From positions 90,001 to 122,000 of the forward strand of contig NZ_JHUX01000003.1 in NCBI RefSeq assembly GCF_000619845.1: a DNA stretch of 32,000 nt, in the 5' to 3' direction. Positions 28,569-32,000 of the stretch are shown piece by piece. The stretch comes from Alkanindiges illinoisensis DSM 15370. GTDB taxonomy: Bacteria; Pseudomonadota; Gammaproteobacteria; Pseudomonadales; Moraxellaceae. Numbering within the stretch: position 1 is the first letter of the stretch; every line of letters starts with the position of its first letter. The notes under the pieces were generated by a model. That model was not told where the DNA came from and did not search any database. It saw only the letters and a list, made by a program, of their open reading frames with translations. The translations under genes were made by a program, and so were the position numbers.

Positions 28569-29286
28569 TCCGCAACTGCAAAATCAACTACCTCAAAAGC
28601 ATGCAACCAATGTGGTGTTGTCTGCACAAAGTCTGGGCAAGACTTTTGATGATGGCCGCAATCAGGTTGAGGTGTTGAAGGGCTTGGATTTTTCCATCCA
28701 TGAAGGCGAGTTTGTGTCAATTATTGGCGCCAGTGGCTCAGGCAAAAGCACCCTGCTGCATATTCTGGGTGGACTGGATTTGCCAACCTCAGGCGAGATT
28801 ATCCTCAAAGGCCACGCCATGAACCGCTTGAATGAAACCAAGCGCGGTAACCTGCGTAACCAGTATTTAGGCTTCGTTTATCAGTTTCATCACCTGTTGC
28901 CTGAGTTTGATGCTATTGAAAACGTTAGCATGCCGCTGTTACTGCGTGAAAACAGTACGGTAGAGCAGGCCCGGCAGCGTGCCACTGATCTATTGACCAA
29001 GGTTGGACTCAAGCATCGCTTAACCCATAAACCCGGTGAGCTGTCTGGTGGCGAGCGCCAGCGGGTGGCACTGGCCCGGGCGCTAGTGACTAGTCCGGCA
29101 GTGGTGCTGGCTGATGAACCAACAGGTAATCTGGATCGTCGCACGGCGCTGGACATCATGGATTTGCTAAAAGACTTGCGTAGCGAACTGAACATGGCGA
29201 TGCTCATTGTGACGCATGATGACCAGTTGGCGCATTCGGCAGACCGTATTTTGCACATGCAGGATGGCTTGTGGGTTAATCCTTAA
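28561..29286 (+). CDS. lolD: lipoprotein-releasing ABC transporter ATP-binding protein
   Basis: Walker A GASGSGKST, signature LSGGERQRVALARAL and Walker B VVLADEPTGNLD. ATG 28561 overlaps the lolC stop (ATGAATAA). Confidence 0.9.
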   Translation: MNNPQLQNQLPQKHATNVVLSAQSLGKTFDDGRNQVEVLKGLDFSIHEGEFVSIIGASGSGKSTLLHILGGLDLPTSGEIILKGHAMNRLNETKRGNLRNQYLGFVYQFHHLLPEFDAIENVSMPLLLRENSTVEQARQRATDLLTKVGLKHRLTHKPGELSGGERQRVALARALVTSPAVVLADEPTGNLDRRTALDIMDLLKDLRSELNMAMLIVTHDDQLAHSADRILHMQDGLWVNP

Positions 29287-29305
29287 AATCCCTTATAAAA
29301 CATAA

Positions 29306-29344
29306 AGCCTTGCTTGCGAATCCAAAGCGTGAGCAAGGCTTTTA
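29306..29344 (+). terminator. Terminator after lolD
   Basis: AGCCTTGCTTGCG-(9 nt)-CGTGAGCAAGGCT forms a 13-bp stem (two G-U pairs) followed by a short TTTT. Confidence 0.6.
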
Positions 29345-29382
29345 TATGCAATAAAAAATAAGAAATTTTAGAGTAATAACAA

Positions 29383-31938
29383 GTGATGATGATATTGCTG
29401 GGCTTTATTGCCGGCGTAATAACGATTGGCTATCACAATATTTTTTCTGCATTACTGCCGGTTTCTGGCTGGCTATCAAGCGGCTTTTTATTGCTGCTGA
29501 TGATAGTGGTGTTGACACGTGTTCCTGTGCGGTATTACCTGATTTTGCATCCTGTGATTGATACCATGAGTAGTCTGGCCTTATTTGGTCTGGCTTTTAT
29601 ATTCGGTACAGGTTATGCGCACTGGCAACTCGATCATGCCTTGCAGCAGCGCTTAAGCGAGCCAGTTGAACAAACTGCACTTGTGCGTGTGGTTGGGATT
29701 AGCGATGGCGTAGGCGAAGATTGGCGCCAAGTGGTTGAAACTGTTGCAGTAGAGAATCGGTCACAATCAGGACAACCGTCACAAGAAAGATGGTTGCTGT
29801 ATGGCGCATTTGACTGGACTAAGCACCAATCGATTGCGCCACCAGACATGCAGCCGGGGCAATTATGGCAGGTTAGGGTCAAATTAAAACCAGCACACAG
29901 TAATGCATCACCGGGTGCATTTGATGTGGAAAAGTGGCTGTTGCAGCAGCATATTACTGCCACGGGAACCCTTCAGACAGCGCAGCGATTAACCCCACAG
30001 CAACTTCAGCACTTACAATTAAAGCCTGAGTCATTATTACAGCAGCTACAAAATGTGCTACAGCGCGAGCGATTGCGCATTCGCCAGCATTTTATTCAGT
30101 GGGATGCTAACCTAAGCCACGCTGCTAAAAATGCTGTTGCTGAAAGCCCTGTAGATGAAAGCCTTGTAGATAAAAATCATGCTGTTAAAAACAATGCGGC
30201 CAAAGGCGTACTGTTGGGCCTGCTGACTGGTGATCGTAGCCTGATTGATGCAGACACCACCTTGCTTTACCAACAAATGGGCATTAGTCACCTGCTGGCC
30301 ATTTCCGGCCCGCATGTCATTTTGGCCGCCTTAATCATCACTTGGTTGCTGCAAAAACTGCTTGATCGTTTCCCGGCATTGTATTTAAAAGCTGAACGCC
30401 GCCGCTGGTTATTACCCGTTTTTATGCTGGTGGTGATGCTATACGCAGGCCTTGCCGGGTTTGATATTCCAGCACAGCGCACGGTGCTCATGGTTGGTCT
30501 GGCTGCGGGGTTATTATGGTTTCGTCAGCGCTGGAGCCGCACGTGCATTTTACTGATGTCAGCAAGTATTTTACTGTTGCTTGATCCATTGGCAATCTTG
30601 TCCGCAGCATTCTGGTTGTCCTTTGGTGCGGTTGCGATTTTACTCAGTATGAGTGTGCCACAACCGGGTCAACATGAAACCAGCGTTTCGCATAGCCAAA
30701 TAAAACAGCGGCAAATAAAAGTAATGCAGTTTGTGCAATTGCAATGGCGACTGTTTGTATTGCTGTCCCCGCTGGTATTACTGAGCTTTGCGAAAATTTC
30801 ATGGCTGGCGCCGCTGGTCAATTTGCTGGCTATTCCCTTGTTAAGTGCAGTGGTATTGCCTGTTAATTTACTGGCCTATGCGGTGTCCATGCTGTCACCT
30901 GCGCTGGCCGACATGATCTGGCAACTGGCGTTATGGCTGCTTGATATTTTCCATGTCCTATTGCGTTTCTTAGCAACTACTTTTCCAAAAGCCCTGCAAC
31001 CGTTTTATTTAAGCCCGCTGCAACTGTTGGCATTGTTTGCCATGCTGGTAGTTTTAATATTGCCCAAAGGCCTGCTGCCGCGATGGTGGATGGTGTTTTT
31101 AATGATTCCAGCCTGCTATCCGGCGCGGCCTGTGGCTCCTTTGATCGTTCAGGTGCTGGATGTGGGGCAGGGCTTAAGTGTGATATTGAAAACCCGCAAA
31201 CATGCCATGCTGGTTGATACTGGCGCAAAGCTGGGTCACAGCAGTATGGGAGACAAAGTGGTGATTCCTGCCTTGCAGGCACAGGGCATTCAACGTCTGG
31301 ACAAGCTGATGCTCACCCATCTGGACAGTGACCATAGCGGTGGTGCGCCAGCCATATTGCAGCAACTAGCCGTTAGCCAGCTCACCAGCAGTGAAACATT
31401 TGCGCCGTATCCCACTTATCTATGTGAAGCCGGGCAAAGCTGGCAATGGGATGGCGTACAGTTTCGTGTTCTGTCACCATTACCGGCCCATTTTAGGGCT
31501 ACCGGGAAAATTACAAACTCAAAAAATGAAAAGTCCTGTGTGCTCATGGTTGAGGTACCAGCACAGGCTGATATTCCGGCACAGCGTGTGCTAATTATGG
31601 GAGATGCCGGGCTTTACACTGAGTTTATGCTGCAACGGCAGGCTATACCGCTACAGGCCGATTTATTGATTTTGGGTCATCATGGCAGCCAGCACAGCAG
31701 TTCCAGCCCGTTTCTGTCCAGTGTACAACCGCAGCGTGCGGTGGTTTCTGCGGGCTATCTCAACCGTTATGGTCATCCAAAACCAATTGTACTGGCGCGC
31801 CTGAATGAGCAAGGTATAGCAGTTGATTCCACCATTGATAGCGGCACACTAACGTATGTGCTGGGTCAGCAGAAATACCTCAAACCCCAGCGCTATCGTG
31901 ATAAAAATCTATGGTTGCAACGGATTTTTGATCAATGA
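29383..31938 (+). CDS. comEC: DNA internalization-related competence protein ComEC/Rec2
   Basis: N-terminal TM and OB-like region, a polytopic competence domain (GISHLLAISGPHV) and a C-terminal metallo-beta-lactamase domain (VLDVGQGLS, THLDSDHSGG, GHHGS). The start could be GTG 29383 or ATG 29386/29389. Confidence 0.88.
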   Translation: MMMILLGFIAGVITIGYHNIFSALLPVSGWLSSGFLLLLMIVVLTRVPVRYYLILHPVIDTMSSLALFGLAFIFGTGYAHWQLDHALQQRLSEPVEQTALVRVVGISDGVGEDWRQVVETVAVENRSQSGQPSQERWLLYGAFDWTKHQSIAPPDMQPGQLWQVRVKLKPAHSNASPGAFDVEKWLLQQHITATGTLQTAQRLTPQQLQHLQLKPESLLQQLQNVLQRERLRIRQHFIQWDANLSHAAKNAVAESPVDESLVDKNHAVKNNAAKGVLLGLLTGDRSLIDADTTLLYQQMGISHLLAISGPHVILAALIITWLLQKLLDRFPALYLKAERRRWLLPVFMLVVMLYAGLAGFDIPAQRTVLMVGLAAGLLWFRQRWSRTCILLMSASILLLLDPLAILSAAFWLSFGAVAILLSMSVPQPGQHETSVSHSQIKQRQIKVMQFVQLQWRLFVLLSPLVLLSFAKISWLAPLVNLLAIPLLSAVVLPVNLLAYAVSMLSPALADMIWQLALWLLDIFHVLLRFLATTFPKALQPFYLSPLQLLALFAMLVVLILPKGLLPRWWMVFLMIPACYPARPVAPLIVQVLDVGQGLSVILKTRKHAMLVDTGAKLGHSSMGDKVVIPALQAQGIQRLDKLMLTHLDSDHSGGAPAILQQLAVSQLTSSETFAPYPTYLCEAGQSWQWDGVQFRVLSPLPAHFRATGKITNSKNEKSCVLMVEVPAQADIPAQRVLIMGDAGLYTEFMLQRQAIPLQADLLILGHHGSQHSSSSPFLSSVQPQRAVVSAGYLNRYGHPKPIVLARLNEQGIAVDSTIDSGTLTYVLGQQKYLKPQRYRDKNLWLQRIFDQ

Positions 31939-31942
31939 ATCA

Positions 31943-32000
31943 TTAATAATCTTTGTTGATAAACGCCTGTCGTGCGCTGGCAATGGCAAGTGCAATTTGA
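31943..32000 (-). CDS. 3' end of an unidentified minus-strand gene running off the window
   Basis: The reverse complement reads ...QIALAIASARQAFINKDY-TAA (stop at 31943-31945). Only 19 codons are visible, so this may be chance. Confidence 0.25.
   Translation of the reverse strand, partial: QIALAIASARQAFINKDY

Overview
All family assignments below come from reading motifs by eye. No searches were run. The window looks like a chromosomal segment of a Moraxellaceae/Acinetobacter-type gammaproteobacterium. That is inferred from gene content: GTP-type PEP carboxykinase, the tail of a Pil-Chp twitching-motility chemosensory operon, a single-permease Lol system and ComEC. Most of it is core genome: chpA (5'-truncated), a chpB-like and a CheW-like gene, dapE, tRNA-Leu(TAA) and tRNA-Cys(GCA), folD, pckG, an SDR dehydrogenase, yaiI-family, VOC and UDG-family genes, a DMT transporter, a PilZ protein, lolC/F-lolD and comEC. 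I saw no CRISPR array, IS element, integrase or phage gene. The stand-out is a divergent seven-gene membrane module at 16.6-23.6 kb. One arm encodes DUF350, an SPFH/Band-7-SHOCT protein, a double zinc-ribbon DUF4178 protein, an uncalled 48-aa TM peptide and a SpeH-type AdoMet decarboxylase. The other arm encodes a 7-TM-anchored aminopropyltransferase and a twin-arginine-signal flavoprotein. I read it as a PspA-less envelope-stress/polyamine system that, as far as I know, has not been characterised experimentally as a unit. Other items worth a second look: three small ORFs below the 60-aa cutoff of the ORF track (an entericidin-like lipoprotein, the operon-embedded TM peptide, and a Val-rich leader-like peptide ahead of a terminator upstream of the DMT transporter); a frameshifted acyl-CoA desaturase inside an AT-rich patch; a promoter-like element overlapped by a perfect 20-bp palindrome in a convergent intergenic region; and an atypical PilZ protein whose start codon is 21 nt from the divergent lol operon.
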